A stretch of DNA of 64,000 nt from Octopus bimaculoides (Eukaryota): contig NC_068991.1 in assembly GCF_001194135.2 (NCBI RefSeq), forward strand, positions 71,034,531 to 71,098,530, read 5' to 3'. A program made the translations under genes and the position numbers. Every line of letters begins with the position of its first letter. Position 1 is the stretch's first letter. Positions 1 through 13,150 of the stretch are shown here, piece by piece. Under the pieces are notes generated by a model. That model saw nothing but the letters and a program-made list of their open reading frames with translations. It ran no database searches and was not told the DNA's origin.

Positions 1-77
<77 letters not shown>

Positions 78-272
78 GTATATCTATACATATACATACA
101 TATATGTATACACAACACACACACACACACCATTATATATATGTACATATATATATGTGATGATTTATAAATTTTATATAATTTGTAGCATGACCGCAGC
201 CACTTGGCTGAAACACATAAATAAATAAAAATATTTTTTGTGTTGTTTGTGTGTGTATAATATATATGGGGT

Positions 273-310
<38 letters not shown>
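1..310. repeat. Compound (TA)n/(CA)n/(TG)n microsatellite block
   Basis: Directly visible dinucleotide runs. Similar runs recur throughout, e.g. (TG)n 25507-25600, (CT)n 34607-34661, mixed TA/TG 37150-37320 and 37615-37760, (ATT)n 52069-52090. Confidence 0.98.
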
Positions 311-311
<1 letters not shown>

Positions 312-709
312 TTACGCTTTATCAACTACAAATATTTCCAAATAATTGGTGTTTCTTTTTATTTATTTGTTCTTTTGCCATACCTATGATCAAACACATT
401 CATGTGTGACCATCCTAGTTTTCCCATGCATTATGTATCTAGAGCTGTATTATCAAGTGTGTGTGTACACACACACACACACACATACTATAAGTATTTA
501 TTTCTTTAAATTGGTATGTTTATTTATTTGACTGCAGACATGCATCAGCGCTACTTTCATGGAATTTAGTCAACCACATCAACCCCATTAATGAATACAT
601 TCATGTGGAGCGTATTTTATCGGTTTTTATTTGTCAGGCTGTTCAGTTACATAGTATAATAAGACACATACATAGTGTACCTGTGGGTACATATATACAT
701 ATATATAAT

Positions 710-806
710 TAGATTGGAGCCTGGTGTAGCCATCCGGTTGCACCAGTCCTCAGTCAAATCGTCCAACCCATGCTAGCATGGAAAGCGGACGTTAAACGAT
801 GATGAT
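710..806 (+). mobile_element. SINE family C, 3' fragment with (GAT)n tail
   Basis: Ends CCCATGCTAGCATGGAAAGCGGACGTTAAACGATGATGAT; the same terminus recurs at 21283, 29537, 43768, 27883, 27152 and 61943. Confidence 0.85.
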
Positions 807-1228
807 ATATATATATATATATATATAAAATACAGATTATTGCTGGACTCTGGGTTAAGATTCCCCAAACCAAGATTGATTGTAGAGCCCATGTAGTTCT
901 GAAGTAAACTTCTAAACCATATTGCTCATTCTACCAGTTATCTTGTGATTGATTTAAAGAATAGAAATAGAACCCAATTATTCATGTTGTAATTTCAGTA
1001 TTGGTTGTTATAAAATTCCCACAACATATAACTGGTGCTCATTCTAAGTGACTTAATGTAGGTACATCACAAACCTCAACATATCCTGCCTTATGTCCTT
1101 CTCTTCATTTTTCACACACACACACACACACTTGTACAGTGATCTGTGCATGTGTGTATGAAAACCCATTCAAGGAGCCTTATGCAGTTAGTTATTCAAT
1201 TAGCTAAATATTACAGCTAAATCTCTTT

Positions 1229-1470
1229 TTAACCCTTTAGCATTTAAAACTGGCTGTATCCAGCCAAAATATCTCATCTGTTTTTTTTTTTGGGGGGGGT
1301 GTTCAAACTGACCAGATCCAGGCTCTCATACTTACCCGACAATGTTTTTCTACATTAAATAATCACATCTTCGAAATCTCAAAGATATGAGATAATGCAT
1401 GATTAATCCAAAACGATGTGAATCAGTAAGGATTACCTCTGATGGGATGATCCGAACACTCAAGGTTTAA
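1229..1470. mobile_element. piggyBac-type MITE (family E), TTAA-flanked, interrupting a family D repeat
   Basis: Starts TTAA-CCCTTTAG and ends CTCAAGGT-TTAA; internal sequence shared, in the opposite orientation, with 47094-47320 and 51095-51322. Confidence 0.75.
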
Positions 1471-1824
1471 ATCACAGCCATTATATTAAAAAGAATATGG
1501 AATGACACATTGGACAAAGTATTCTTGAAGCCAATGGGATGTGATGGTTGTAATGCCTTATGGTTATAAGTTCTCTCAACCATGGCTGACTTGAAAGAAT
1601 ATAAGCACTTTAATTCTTGTTTCTTCCCAATGTTAGCATTTATCCTTTAAATAGGAAAGATATAAGCTATGGTTAAAAAAAAAAGGCAAAGGTCCCTAAA
1701 AGTTCTTTGGCTTTGGTGATGCTAACTTAATTCAATGAGTGCAGTTATTTACCAACATTGTTCAAGAACAAAATGCTAACTAAAAATCAGGTGTTTTCCT
1801 AGAATTACGTATGATGTGCGTGTG

Positions 1825-2156
1825 CGTGGCACTGGGGTGTTGGTAAGAAGTTTGTTTCCCAACGACATGGCTCAGGGGTCAGTCCCACTGCATAGCACTT
1901 GAGGCAAGCGTCCCCTCTCGTTTGTGTATCTAAGCGTATGTGTTTGTGTCTTTGCGTTTGTCCTTCATTACTATTTGACAACTGGTATTGGTGTGTTTAC
2001 ATCCCAGTAGCTTAGCATTTCAGCAAAAGAGACCGATAGAATAAGTACCAGACTTTAAAAAGACGAAAGTACTAGGGTTGGTTTGTTTGACTAAATTCTT
2101 GTAGGTAGTGCCCCAGCATGGCCACCGTCTTCTGACTGAAATGAGTAAAGGATAAA

Positions 2157-2160
<4 letters not shown>
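1825..2160 (+). mobile_element. tRNA-derived SINE family A, older copy
   Basis: Degenerate A/B-box head, internal microsatellite, GAGACCGATAGAATAAGTACC block and CCAGCATGGCC...GACTGAAA tail, homologous to the young copies at 21414, 22956 and 24880. Confidence 0.85.
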
Positions 2161-2192
<32 letters not shown>

Positions 2193-2436
2193 CAGTTAAC
2201 AAGTTTATAATGTGCCTGTGTGTTGCTGTTATTCATTCTCTGGAAACACTTTCAATCAAAGGCTTTCTACCCATGACCCTCCAGTCTCTTTCTACATCAG
2301 AGACTATTGCTGTGTTGCGTATCTATTTAAAATGTTAGTGTGATAGGGAGATTTGACTGCTGTTTCTAAGAGACTGAACACCAGCATGAGGGTTGCAGGT
2401 TGATACGTGTGTATGCATGTATGTATGTGTCATTTG

Positions 2437-2483
<47 letters not shown>

Positions 2484-3530
2484 GTATGTATACATATAAT
2501 TAGATGGTTGATGGCAGATTCAGTAGTGCCAGACATGAGGTGGAATTCAGTTTTGTCCCCCTTATATTTAGTTCAAATCCCCTACCAGGTCATTACTTTT
2601 TTCGTGATTGATTAAATATGTAAGACAGACCACTTATAAAAATTGTTAAATATAATCATAGGTTGTATTTGAATTTACAGACTGTCATGACATAGCACAT
2701 TAGGGTAAACTGATTGCTATATTACTTAACTGTTATTGTATATAATTACTGAAAAAATAATAATAATAATAATAAAAATCTATAAATTTATAGACCTAGC
2801 CAACTCTTGTAAACTTACTGTCAGCAGAACAATTATTGATATAAAATGAATTTTAATTATTTTTCTTTAAATAATAGAAGAAAAAACCTCCAGCAGAAAA
2901 ATGTTTTTGTTTTTTTCTTTTTTATGTTAATTGAATATGTAATTAAAACATTATTATTAAGGTAAAGTTAGAGGCAAGAAAACCAACCAAACCAACTACA
3001 GTGCCATATTGAATGTTTTGTCATGTTTAGTTATGTCCCTTTATATTCTGGGTCCAAATTCAAACGGTGGTGGTGGTGGTGGTGGTAGTGGTGGGGTCGT
3101 TATGGGTTGGTTGAAAAGTTGCAGCTATACTGAGAGAATCAATCCTGTCGGCTGCTATACTCTTCCCTTTGTCAATTTTATCATGACACTGTAAGACATT
3201 CCGTATTAACACCTACAATCTTTGCTGTACTGACAATCTTACTATAAACCCCAACATGCGTTAAAGAACACTACTGTTTTTTCCCTTCATCTGTGTAATT
3301 TTCCTTGTAGCATTCTCATTTTGGGGGCCTGTTTTTTGGGGTTTTTTTTTTTTTAGCCAAATTTTTTTCTAAGCTTGTTTATTATTAATTACAGAAGTCA
3401 ATCTTTATTAATGAAAAATATGAAGTGAGCAATGACAGAATCTAATGTCACACAAAATACCTCGCTTTATTCATTTACATTCTTTTACAATCAAATTTCA
3501 AAAATTGTCTTTTTTAAATTTTTGATGTTA

Positions 3531-3892
3531 TCTTTTATCAAACTGTTTGTCATTAGACTGTGGCCATGCTGGGGCACAGTAGAACTTTATAGACAAATGA
3601 ATCAAGCCAATTACCTATTTTTTAAAAAATCTATTTCTAATTCTATCAGTCTCTTTAGTCAAACTGCTAAGTTACAGAGATGTAAACACACCATCACTAG
3701 TTGTCAAGCGATGGTAGGGGACACAGACACACGCACGTGCGCACACACAAATACGTGCATACATACATGATGGGGTTTCTTTCGGTTTCTGTTTGTGAAA
3801 TCCACTCACAAGATTATTGGAGATGCCATGCAGTGGGACTGAACCCGGAACCATGTGGTTAGGAAGCAAACTTTTTACCATGCAACCACCTC
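3531..3892 (-). mobile_element. SINE family A, older copy
   Basis: Reverse complement of family A head (GAACCCGGAACCATGTGGTT) and tail (GACTGTGGCCATGCTGGGGCAC). Confidence 0.85.
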
Positions 3893-4189
3893 TTCGCCTG
3901 TTGATGAGATAAGAATTGGCACAGAACTGGGGCTTGGTATATTTCCAGGGAGTTTGCTGAAAAGGGAGTGAGAATAGTAACAATGGGCTTAAATTCTGTG
4001 GATATTTCTGTAAAATGGAGAATACACCTAGGAGAGGACATTACCCTTCGTGATCATGGTAATTCTGTGTCTGTTGGTGTGGGGCAGGGTTCCTTGGTTA
4101 AACTCTGAGCTTAACCCCTTATAGGACATCTTTAATGTTCCCTCATTCGTTGCCCTGCTGGCAAAAATCTACTACTGTTATAATTATTT

Positions 4190-6018
4190 CGAAAGTCAGC
4201 TGGCAGAATTGTTAGTGCGTCAAACAAAATGCTTTGCAGTATTTCTTCCAGCTCTTTACGTCCTGAGATCAAATACTGCCAAGGTCAGTTTTGCCTCTCT
4301 TCCTTATGGGGTCGATTAAAATAAGTATTAGTTGTGCACATAGATCAATGTAATCGACTGAACCTTTGCCTCCTGCTAGAATTGCAGGCTTTGTGCCAAA
4401 ATTTGAAACCCTACTTCTACTACTAATGTTCCTGTTTTTCTCTAAATGATTCTGCATAAATCCCCATTCAGTTTTTTTGTCATTTATCCTTCTCAAGAAC
4501 CTCATTAAGAAATAGTAATCCATAACAAGATTGCTTGTCGGTCAGCTGTGATATTTTGGCCTTAAAATAAATAACAGAAATCACTCATGTATTATTGTTC
4601 TTTTCTACTCTGGGCACAAGGCCTGAAATTTTCGGGGATGGGGCCAGTCGATTAGATCGACCCCCAGTATGCAATTGGTACTTAATTTATTGACCCCGGA
4701 TGTATAAAAGGCAAAGTCAACCTCGGCGGAATGCTCATGTATTATTATGACAAAAGCAAAGGCGGCGAGCTGGCCGAATCGTTAGCACGCCGGGCGAAAT
4801 TCTTAGCGGTATTTCGTCTGCCGTTATGTTCTGAGTTCAAATTCCGCCGAGGTCAACTTTGCCTTTCATCTTTTCAGGGTCGATTAATTAAGTACCAGTG
4901 AAACATTAGGGTCGATGTAATCACCTAATCCCCTTCCCACAAATATGAGGTCTTGTGCCTCCAGTAGAAAGGATTATTACAAAAGCAGCAAACTGGCCAA
5001 GTTGTTAGCCCACCAGCCGAAATACTTAGTGTCTCTCCTAGCTTTAGATTCAGAGTTCGAATTCTGCTGAAGTCGCTTTGGCCTTTTCATCCCTTCAGGG
5101 TTGATGAAATAAGTACCAGTTGAGCATGGGGGTTGATGTAATCAACTGACCCTTTTTATCAAAAATTTCAGGTCTTGTGCTTAGAATAGAAAAGAAAGGG
5201 TTATGGTTACACTTCTCTCTGGGGTTGATCATTTCATGCTACTTGACTGATCCTACTTCCCCCCTATCTGTGAAACCATTATCATTATTACTCTTACACT
5301 TTATATCCTCCATCATACTTGACAAAATNNNNNNNNNNNNNNNNNNNNNNNNNNNNNNNNNNNNNNNNNNNNNNNNNNNNNNNNNNNNNNNNNNNNNNNN
5401 NNNNNNTATATATAAAGCAAATACCTGGAGTAAATATCATTAATTACTCCTGTTTGCTACAAACCTTCCACAAAATAGTTGGGTAGTGGGATCAATATAA
5501 TCAAACTAATCCCTTCCCCGACAAATTCCAGGCCTTGTGCCTATAGTAGAAAGGGTTATCATCGTTATTAATCGATGCTGTGCCCCTGTTATGTTCAGGG
5601 TTCAATTCCTACTGATGTTGATGTTTGCTAAATATCTTTTGAATGGTTGAAAATTACTACCAGTCAAGTACCGTTTCATAAGAATTCCTTATGTCATTGT
5701 TGTTGATAAAATATCTATATTCAACCTACCTCATGCTTATAAACCCTTGTTGACCCTGTTGGTATTGTTTCATAAATTTATATTAAAAGAAGAAACTTGG
5801 AGTATATTTGTTTTTTGGTTTTGTTTTTTTAAGTAGTGCTTTAGTTGAAATAATACCCCAATGTTTCCCTATAATATCTTGTATTTTTATAAATTTATTT
5901 AAAGCGTTCATCTTGTGTGTGTATGTCTTGCAACTAGGAGGTTGTTGTTTATTAGGGTCATTCATCTCCATTAGTAGCTAATAATACATGTGTATACCTA
6001 CCTCCATACATATATATT

Positions 6019-6058
<40 letters not shown>

Positions 6059-7977
6059 ATACTAATGGGCTCACCTCAGTAAAAAATATTCTGTTTTGTG
6101 TAAATTTTTATTGCATATTAAATATTGCCATCATTGAAAGTGGCTGAATAGAAATGTGGCTCAAATGAATAAATGAAAAAAAGAATTAAAAAAAAAAAAC
6201 CTTTGGAATTTGGTCATAATTTTCTTTTCTGAGTTCAAGTCACACCATGGTTAACTATCCTTCTTTTCATCCCTCTAAAGCAGGTACTTGTAAATATACT
6301 GTGATTGATGTAGAGAAAATAAATAGTTGCTATGCTCCACCTCTTTAAAAAAAAAGACAATATTATCATCAGTATTAGAAATCACTGGTGCCGTGTTTAT
6401 AGAGACTAATGATTCTTGGAGGAATTTTCATATGTATTATTATTATTATTCCACCAAAGTCCACTTCACCTTTCACCCTTTCTGGAGTCGATGTAATTGG
6501 ACTAGCCCCACCCCGAAATTACTAGCCTTGTGCTAAAATTTGAAATGAAATCATCATCGTTATTATTAAGGCACCATGGTAGCAGAATCATTAGCATGCT
6601 GGACTAAATGTCTAGCAGTGTTCCACTCGTCGCTACATACCGGGTTCAAATTCCACCAGGGTTGACTTTACCATTTATCCTTTCAGGGTTAGTAAAATAA
6701 ATACCAGTTAAACCCTGGGGTCGATGTAATTGACTGAATCCCTTTCCCCAAATTTTGAGGCCCTGTGCTTCTAGTAGAAAGAATTACCATTGCTAAGGTG
6801 GCAAGCAGGCAAAATACTTGGCGGTATTTTCTCCGTCTTTGTTCTGAGTTCAAATTCCACCAGTCAATTTACCTTTCATCTTTCCAGGGTCGATAAAATA
6901 AATACCAGTTGAACGCTGGGGTCGATGTAATTGACTCATCCCTTCCCCTCAAAATTTCTGCCCTTGTGCCAAAATTTAAAATCAAACAGGGTTTAACTAA
7001 ATATGTAGTTTTGGGGGTTTTTTTTATATAGATTTTTATGTTCAACAAGTCTTGGATAACTTTTGACTGATTCTTTTTCTATCTCCTGTTACTGAGTTGG
7101 GTACAAAGCACTCTTATAAATACCAATAGTATGTATTAATTAGGTTTATGTCATTGAATTAATATCAATTCAAGTAACATTTACAATGTCTCAATAAATA
7201 ACTGTCCGGAACAATAAATTATTAGTGCCTAAACCAAGTTACTTCACTGATGGATGTGAACGCTTCATAACTACTACTAATTCATACACACACACATTTG
7301 ATGTTGAATGTACACTTTTGAGAAAAAATTAAGAGATCGTTACCAGGGATGTGTTAATTCAGAACTTGCCTTTACTGATGTAACGGAACTAATAATTAGT
7401 ATTTCTTGGGCAATGATAGATTGGTAAAATTTTGCCTTTCATCTTTTCGGGGTTGATAAATTAAGTACCAGTTGTGTACTGGAGGTCAATCTAATCGACT
7501 GGTCCTCTCCCCAAAAATTTCGGGCCTTGTGCCTAGTGTGGAAAAGAATAATAGATTGTGCAACACTCTAACAGTTTTACTAAAGTGCAGTATTTCTTCT
7601 TGTTCATTACAGTCTTGGCTCAAGTTTGGTTGAGGTCTACTTTGGCTTTTTGTTCCTCCAGGGTCGATTAAGTAAAGTACCTGTCAAGTACTGAGATTTG
7701 ATGGTTATCGACTTATCTTTCTCCTCCGAAATTGCCGGCCTTGTACCTAAACCAGCCTTGTTATTTGGGTGGTGTATTAGCAGAATCATTAGCGTATCTG
7801 ATGAAAGGCATTCCGAGTTCAAATCCCATGGAAGTCACCTTTGCATTTCGGGGGTCGAAAAAAATGAAGTCCCAATGAAGTACTTGGTTCTGATACTCCA
7901 ATGCTTGACTGGAGGTGATGTAATCAATTTTACCCTCCTCCTAAAAATAGTGCTAACCCTGTGCCAAAATTTGAAAC

Positions 7978-8011
<34 letters not shown>

Positions 8012-8430
8012 TCTAACCTTATTTTACCTCTGCACCCAAATAATAATTGAAATAATTTGGTGGCAAAAATGAAATTGAAAGATTCTGTGATTTTGTTCCG
8101 AAGTGTGACTTCTCTAAGTTTGTACCTGTTATATACTGAGGGTTAATTTGATCCACTACATCCTGCCTCTCACAAATTCATCAGTGTTTTGTTATATTGC
8201 TGTTGTTTATAAAAAGAAAGGGATTTATAGAATTAGTGGAGCAGTGGATAGATAGAAAGACACTATTTGTCATATACAGTTATTCCCCTTTGCATTTCGA
8301 GTTCAAATCCAGCTGAAGCTGATTTAGCTTTTTATCTGTGTGGGCTTCATCAAAAAGAAAGAAGTACCATTCTAAAATACTGGGATTGATTTAATGAACC
8401 ATGCAACTCTTCTTGTGCTTAAGTACGTTT
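4190..8430 (+). mobile_element. Chain of roughly a dozen SINE family B copies (tRNA-like head, CTTTCATCCTTTCGGGGTCGATAAA central block, (ATT)n tail)
   Basis: Copies at about 4190, 4760 (young), 4985, 5450, 6200, 6450, 6567, 6795, 7420, 7600, 7770 and 8230, all on +; B-box GAGTTCAAATTCC repeated. Confidence 0.9.
4597..4733 (-). mobile_element. 5'-truncated SINE family B copy with 13-bp target-site duplication
   Basis: CTCATGTATTATT at 4584-4596 and 4734-4746 flanks a reverse-strand family B 3' half. Confidence 0.85.
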
Positions 8431-9039
8431 GAATTGATTATGTGCTAAACGAGGCATGGCTAATGTTTTCTGAGAAATAAATTGACCAGGGACTAAACAA
8501 TGATTAACAGAATGAACCGTTTTAGACATAGATGACCAATGCCACATTTACTACCAAGAAAAAAAAAATCCTAAGGTAATCTTTTGTTAGGCTTGCCATT
8601 AAGTTTCACTCCGGCCACAGTTGACCAGCCTGTAGCTATTGTTGAACCTTATGGTCTGTGTTTATACTATAAACCATTGTTGACTTTTTAATAACTTCCC
8701 TAGTTCTCTGGGTTATATTGAAGAACCTCATTGTGGCTTTTTTTAGCATTGGATGTCCATTATCTGTTGGTAGAATTACCTGTTTAGTGTACTGGAATTA
8801 GTTTTGGAAATTTTCTTTTTTTACCAATTTCATAACAGGTTTCCAACCTGCTTTTAACATATTTTTGTCCTGGGTTAATTTAATCACCTTCATAACCAAC
8901 CCAACTTCTGCTCTCTCACTCTATCACTGCTGTTGGTACACTACACCTAGCTATACCACTACTACTACTACCACTATTACTATTTAAATCTATCTTGTGC
9001 TTTGGTCATCTGTATTTCAAGCAGTTCTCTCTATTAATC

Positions 9040-9230
9040 ATAGTTGTTTAGTCTTTGGTCAGTCCTATTCCATCAGACCTATGGTGAAAAGCACTCCAGC
9101 CGTGACCATGTAGGAGTACCCAGTATTTTACATTATCCAACGCAGTCTCTTCACTTGTTTTAAGGCTGATTCGTTACAAGGGAGAGATTTGGTTGCTATT
9201 TCTAGCATGTCGAAGCGACCGTGTTGCGGC
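9040..9230 (-). mobile_element. Repeat family D fragment ((AAC)n-ended; GGGAGAGATTTGGYTGCTATTTCTAGCA block)
   Basis: Related blocks recur at about 1500-1600, 2345, 11680, 14470-14560, 15400-15920, 16130, 19390, 39040, 42840-43110, 43450-43530, 45400-45480 and 47870. Confidence 0.65.
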
Positions 9231-9914
9231 TCCTTCACTGAATCCCGCCACACAGTCCATCCAATTATTTATCTATCAGTCGTGGTACCAAATCCAGCTG
9301 AAACTAGTTGTTTCCATGGAGACACCGCTGTCACAGTCTGCCGCTACCTATGTCAAGTGTCCTGGCCATGTAGCAACGATCCCCACTTGTCTTACCTGTC
9401 AAGCTATGCAGTCGTTGTCAATCCCAACTGTCCATCTCCGTTGTCTTACATGGCTGGGTTGGTCAGGGCGTGTGTGTTAGCTGCTGTCATATCGGTTATA
9501 AACCTGTCCATTCAGCTGTCCACTCTATTTGCCTGTCAAAGCACGTAAGCTTGTGTAGCTGTCAACTCTGTTATATATCTCTTTTTACCTAGTTTGTCCA
9601 ACAACACAAGCCACACCCAAACCTCGCCTTTGTCATTTCTGCTTGTCCACATTAAATTTCCTTACACATTAATTCACCAACACCTTTCTCTCTCTCCATT
9701 CTCTTCACATATTCTCTACTTTCTGTCTTTCCATACTTTTCACTCATCAGCTTTTTTTTTTCTCTCCGGAACACTAACGCATAATTACGGAGTAATGCAT
9801 AAGACCAGTCAATATCCATAACTGGATATATTAGCCGTTGTGTACATGATATATATATTGTGTGTGTGTATGCACGTTGAAACATATGTATGTTTTTATG
9901 TATCACTATTATTA

Positions 9915-10130
9915 CACGGGCTGGCAGAATGGTTAGCACGGCGCAAAAAGTGCTTTCCAGCATTTTCGACTGTCTTTATGATGTTCTGAGTTCAAATTCC
10001 GCCGAGGTCAACTTTGCCTTTCATCCTTTCGGGGTCGATAAAATAAGTACCAGTTCATCTTCTGGGGTCGATGTAATCGACTTAAAACCCAGTCCCCCGA
10101 AATTGCTGGCGTTGTGCTAAAATTTGGAAC
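9915..10130 (+). mobile_element. SINE family B, near full length
   Basis: GCTGGCAGAATGGTTAGCACG...GAGTTCAAATTCCGCCGAGGTCAACTTTGCCTTTCATCCTTTCGGGGTCGATAAAATAAGTACC. Confidence 0.9.
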
Positions 10131-11149
10131 TATTACGTATAAGTGTGTGTGTGTGTGTGTTCGTTCGTGTCATCTAGAATAACTACACCTTTCCAAATGC
10201 CTGATTAACTAAGACGTGCGCGCGCGCGTGTGTGCGTTATATACTTCCATGATGAAATAAAGTTCGCGATCGATATTCTGTTTAATTGATTCTAATAGCT
10301 TTCACTCTGAAAGCTGATTTTCTCCATGATAAATTCTTGGAGAGAGAGAGAGAGAAACAAATAACAAAAAGAAAAAAACATCACCATACACATACACACC
10401 CATCTTATTTCAACAAACAACAAACAACAGCACTAAAAATTCAAAATAAAAGAATCAGATTTGGAAAATTGACAATTCCTTCATTTTTGGAACTGATTCC
10501 ACTCGTATGCAAATTTGAANNNNNNNNNNNNNNNNNNNNNNNNNNNNNNNNNNNNNNNNNNNNNNNNNNNNNNNNNNNNNNNNNNNNNNNNNNNNNNNNN
10601 NNNNNNNNNNNNNNNNNNNNNNNNNNNNNNNNNNNNNNNNNNNNNNNNNNNNNNNNNNNNNNNNNNNNNNNNNNNNNNNNNNNNNNNNNNNNNNNNNNNN
10701 NNNNNNNNNNNNNNNNNNNNNNNNNNNNNNNNNNNNNNNNNNNNNNNNNNNNNNNNNNNNNNNNNNNNNNNNNNNNNNNNNNNNNNNNNNNNNNNNNNNN
10801 NNNNNNNNNNNNNNNNNNNNNNNNNNNNNNNNNNNNNNNNNNNNNNNNNNNNNNNNNNNNNNNNNNNNNNNNNNNNNNNNNNNNNNNNNNNNNNNNNNNN
10901 NNNNNNNNNNNNNNNNNNNNNNNNNNNNNNNNNNNNNNNNNNNNNNNNNNNNNNNNNNNNNNNNNNNNNNNNNNNNNNNNNNNNNNNNNNNNNNNNNNNN
11001 NNNNNNNNNNNNNNNNNNNNNNNNNNNNNNNNNNNNNNNNNNNNNNNNNNNNNNNNNNNNNNNNNNNNNNNNNNNNNNNNNNNNNNNNNNNNNNNNNNNN
11101 NNNNNNNNNNNNNNNNNNNNNNNNNNNNNNTATATATATGTTTGATATG

Positions 11150-11285
11150 TGGGTGAGTGGTTAGGGCGTTGCACTCACGATCACAAGGTTGTGATTTCGA
11201 TTCTCAATCTGGTAGGGCATCATGTTCTTGGAAAAAAATACTTTATTATACGTTGCTCCAGTCCAGTCAGCCATAAGTTCGCAAC
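11150..11285 (+). mobile_element. tRNA-derived SINE family H, 5' part
   Basis: GTGGTTAGGGCGTTGCACTCACGATCACAAGGTTGTGATTTCGATTC head; reverse-strand relative at 44370-44580. Confidence 0.7.
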
Positions 11286-12279
11286 CCTATATATATATGT
11301 GTGTGTGTGTTTCCGTCCAGTTTGGCTTGTCTGAAAAGCAGGTTAGACGCCGTAAAAATTCCCGGAATGACAGGCCACTTGAATGGATGGCCGAAATAGA
11401 TTTGTTGAAGGGTCATTTTACTATTAATGATAATAAAAAAATTTTTAATAGCACGCATTAGTTACATTTTGCTTCACTTTGTTGTTGTTAGTTGAGCAAG
11501 TTAATCGATAGCTTGACCAACCGTTTGTTCAATCAAGCCGATTTGTCAGTCCTTCTGTTGCCATTTGCAACCCCATCAACAACGAACCCTTGTTTGCGCC
11601 AGCTCAGCCCCGATCAAGCAAACCACTTTAATTTAATCCAATGCCTTCCTTATATTCTAATACGGTACAGTGTGTGTTGAGCAATTTGGCTGTTGTTTCT
11701 AACCGGCCGATCGACCAAACCACATAGGTTTTTGTAGCTTCCTGGTTTTATGCTGTGCCAATGTTTGGAGAAATACAACGAACTTCTCTCTCTGTGTATT
11801 GTGTCAATGTTGTTATACTATACACGTGTTGTGTGTTTGTTATGTGTTTATAAACTAGGAAATTATCTCTTCTCAAGCGCTGTAATTTATACGAAAATAC
11901 CCTACCCGTCTGTGTGTGAATAACGTCCTAGATTATTTAAGCATTTGTTCATAGTGTACGTGTGTGTTCATGTATGTATATATGTATATAAGCACATATA
12001 CACCCAGACATAAATGAATCTGCTCTGAAACTCGGAACACACACTCTAATCGACGAATTTACATATTTTTTAAATATCAGGTGTTTGTTTAGTACATAGC
12101 GATATATATAATGTATAATTAGTCCGGTATATACTCATGCTAGTAGACCAAAACTTCGATGTCACTATCAACACTATTGTAATAAAAATAAAATATGTAC
12201 TCTGCAAAAAAAGTATTAGGTAATCCTTCAGTTTAATGTAAAATTGCTTCTTAAAAAACAAAGTGTGTGTGTGTGTGTG

Positions 12280-12328
<49 letters not shown>

Positions 12329-12649
12329 GATTATGGAGCTGTTTTGCTTGGTCGTAATTGTTAACACCTTTTCATTCGCAATGTCTTCATCGTCTGCTGA
12401 CAGAAGAAAGAGGAAGCGAATGAAGAGAAATGCTTATTTGCTAAGAATGTGTTGGTGGATATAAGCTAATCCAAAAGACAAGCTTCGATTTGTGACAATA
12501 ACAGTGGGTTTTTTTTTTTTAAATATAAACACAAGACTAGAAAATTAAAGGGAGATATAGGCAGGGTGTAAAAACCAATTATACAGACCACGGTTCTTGA
12601 CCGATATTCGTTTCGAACCTGGAAATTATTATTTTTTTAAATTCTTATT

Positions 12650-13150
12650 AAAGGTGGCTTGCTGGCAGAATGGTTAGCGTGTCGGACAAAATATTTAGTG
12701 GCATTTCATCCGGCTCTTTATGTTCTGAGTTCAAACGCCACCGATGTCGACTTCACCTTTTGGGATCGTTTGGGGTCGATATAATAAGTATCGGTTGAGC
12801 CCTGGAGTCGATGTAATCGATTTCCCCTACACACACACACAAATTTCAGGCCTTGTGTCTATAGAAGAAAGAATTATTTCTAATTTAGGCACATGGGCTG
12901 CAATTTTCATCGCAACCCCGGTGCTAGACTGGTACTTTGTTTTACCAACCTCTGAAAAATGAAAGGCAAAGTTGGCCTCAGCGGCGGGGTTTGAACTGGA
13001 AAAGTAGAGTCAAAACAAATAGTGCTCTTTAAGTTCTGAGTTCAAATCTCGTCACAGTCATCTATGCCTTTCACACTTCCGGGGTCGATATAGTAGACTA
13101 ACCCTCCACAATATCTCTCGCCTTGTGTGTGTGTGTGTGTCTACATTAGA
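12650..13150. mobile_element. Three SINE family B copies (+, -, +)
   Basis: Family B blocks at about 12650-12890 (+), 12880-13020 (-) and 13020-13150 (+). Confidence 0.8.

Noticed and set aside
11131-11150. ATATGTTTGATAT resembling part of miR-190
   Set aside because: Short AT-rich match beside a gap, with no hairpin partner.
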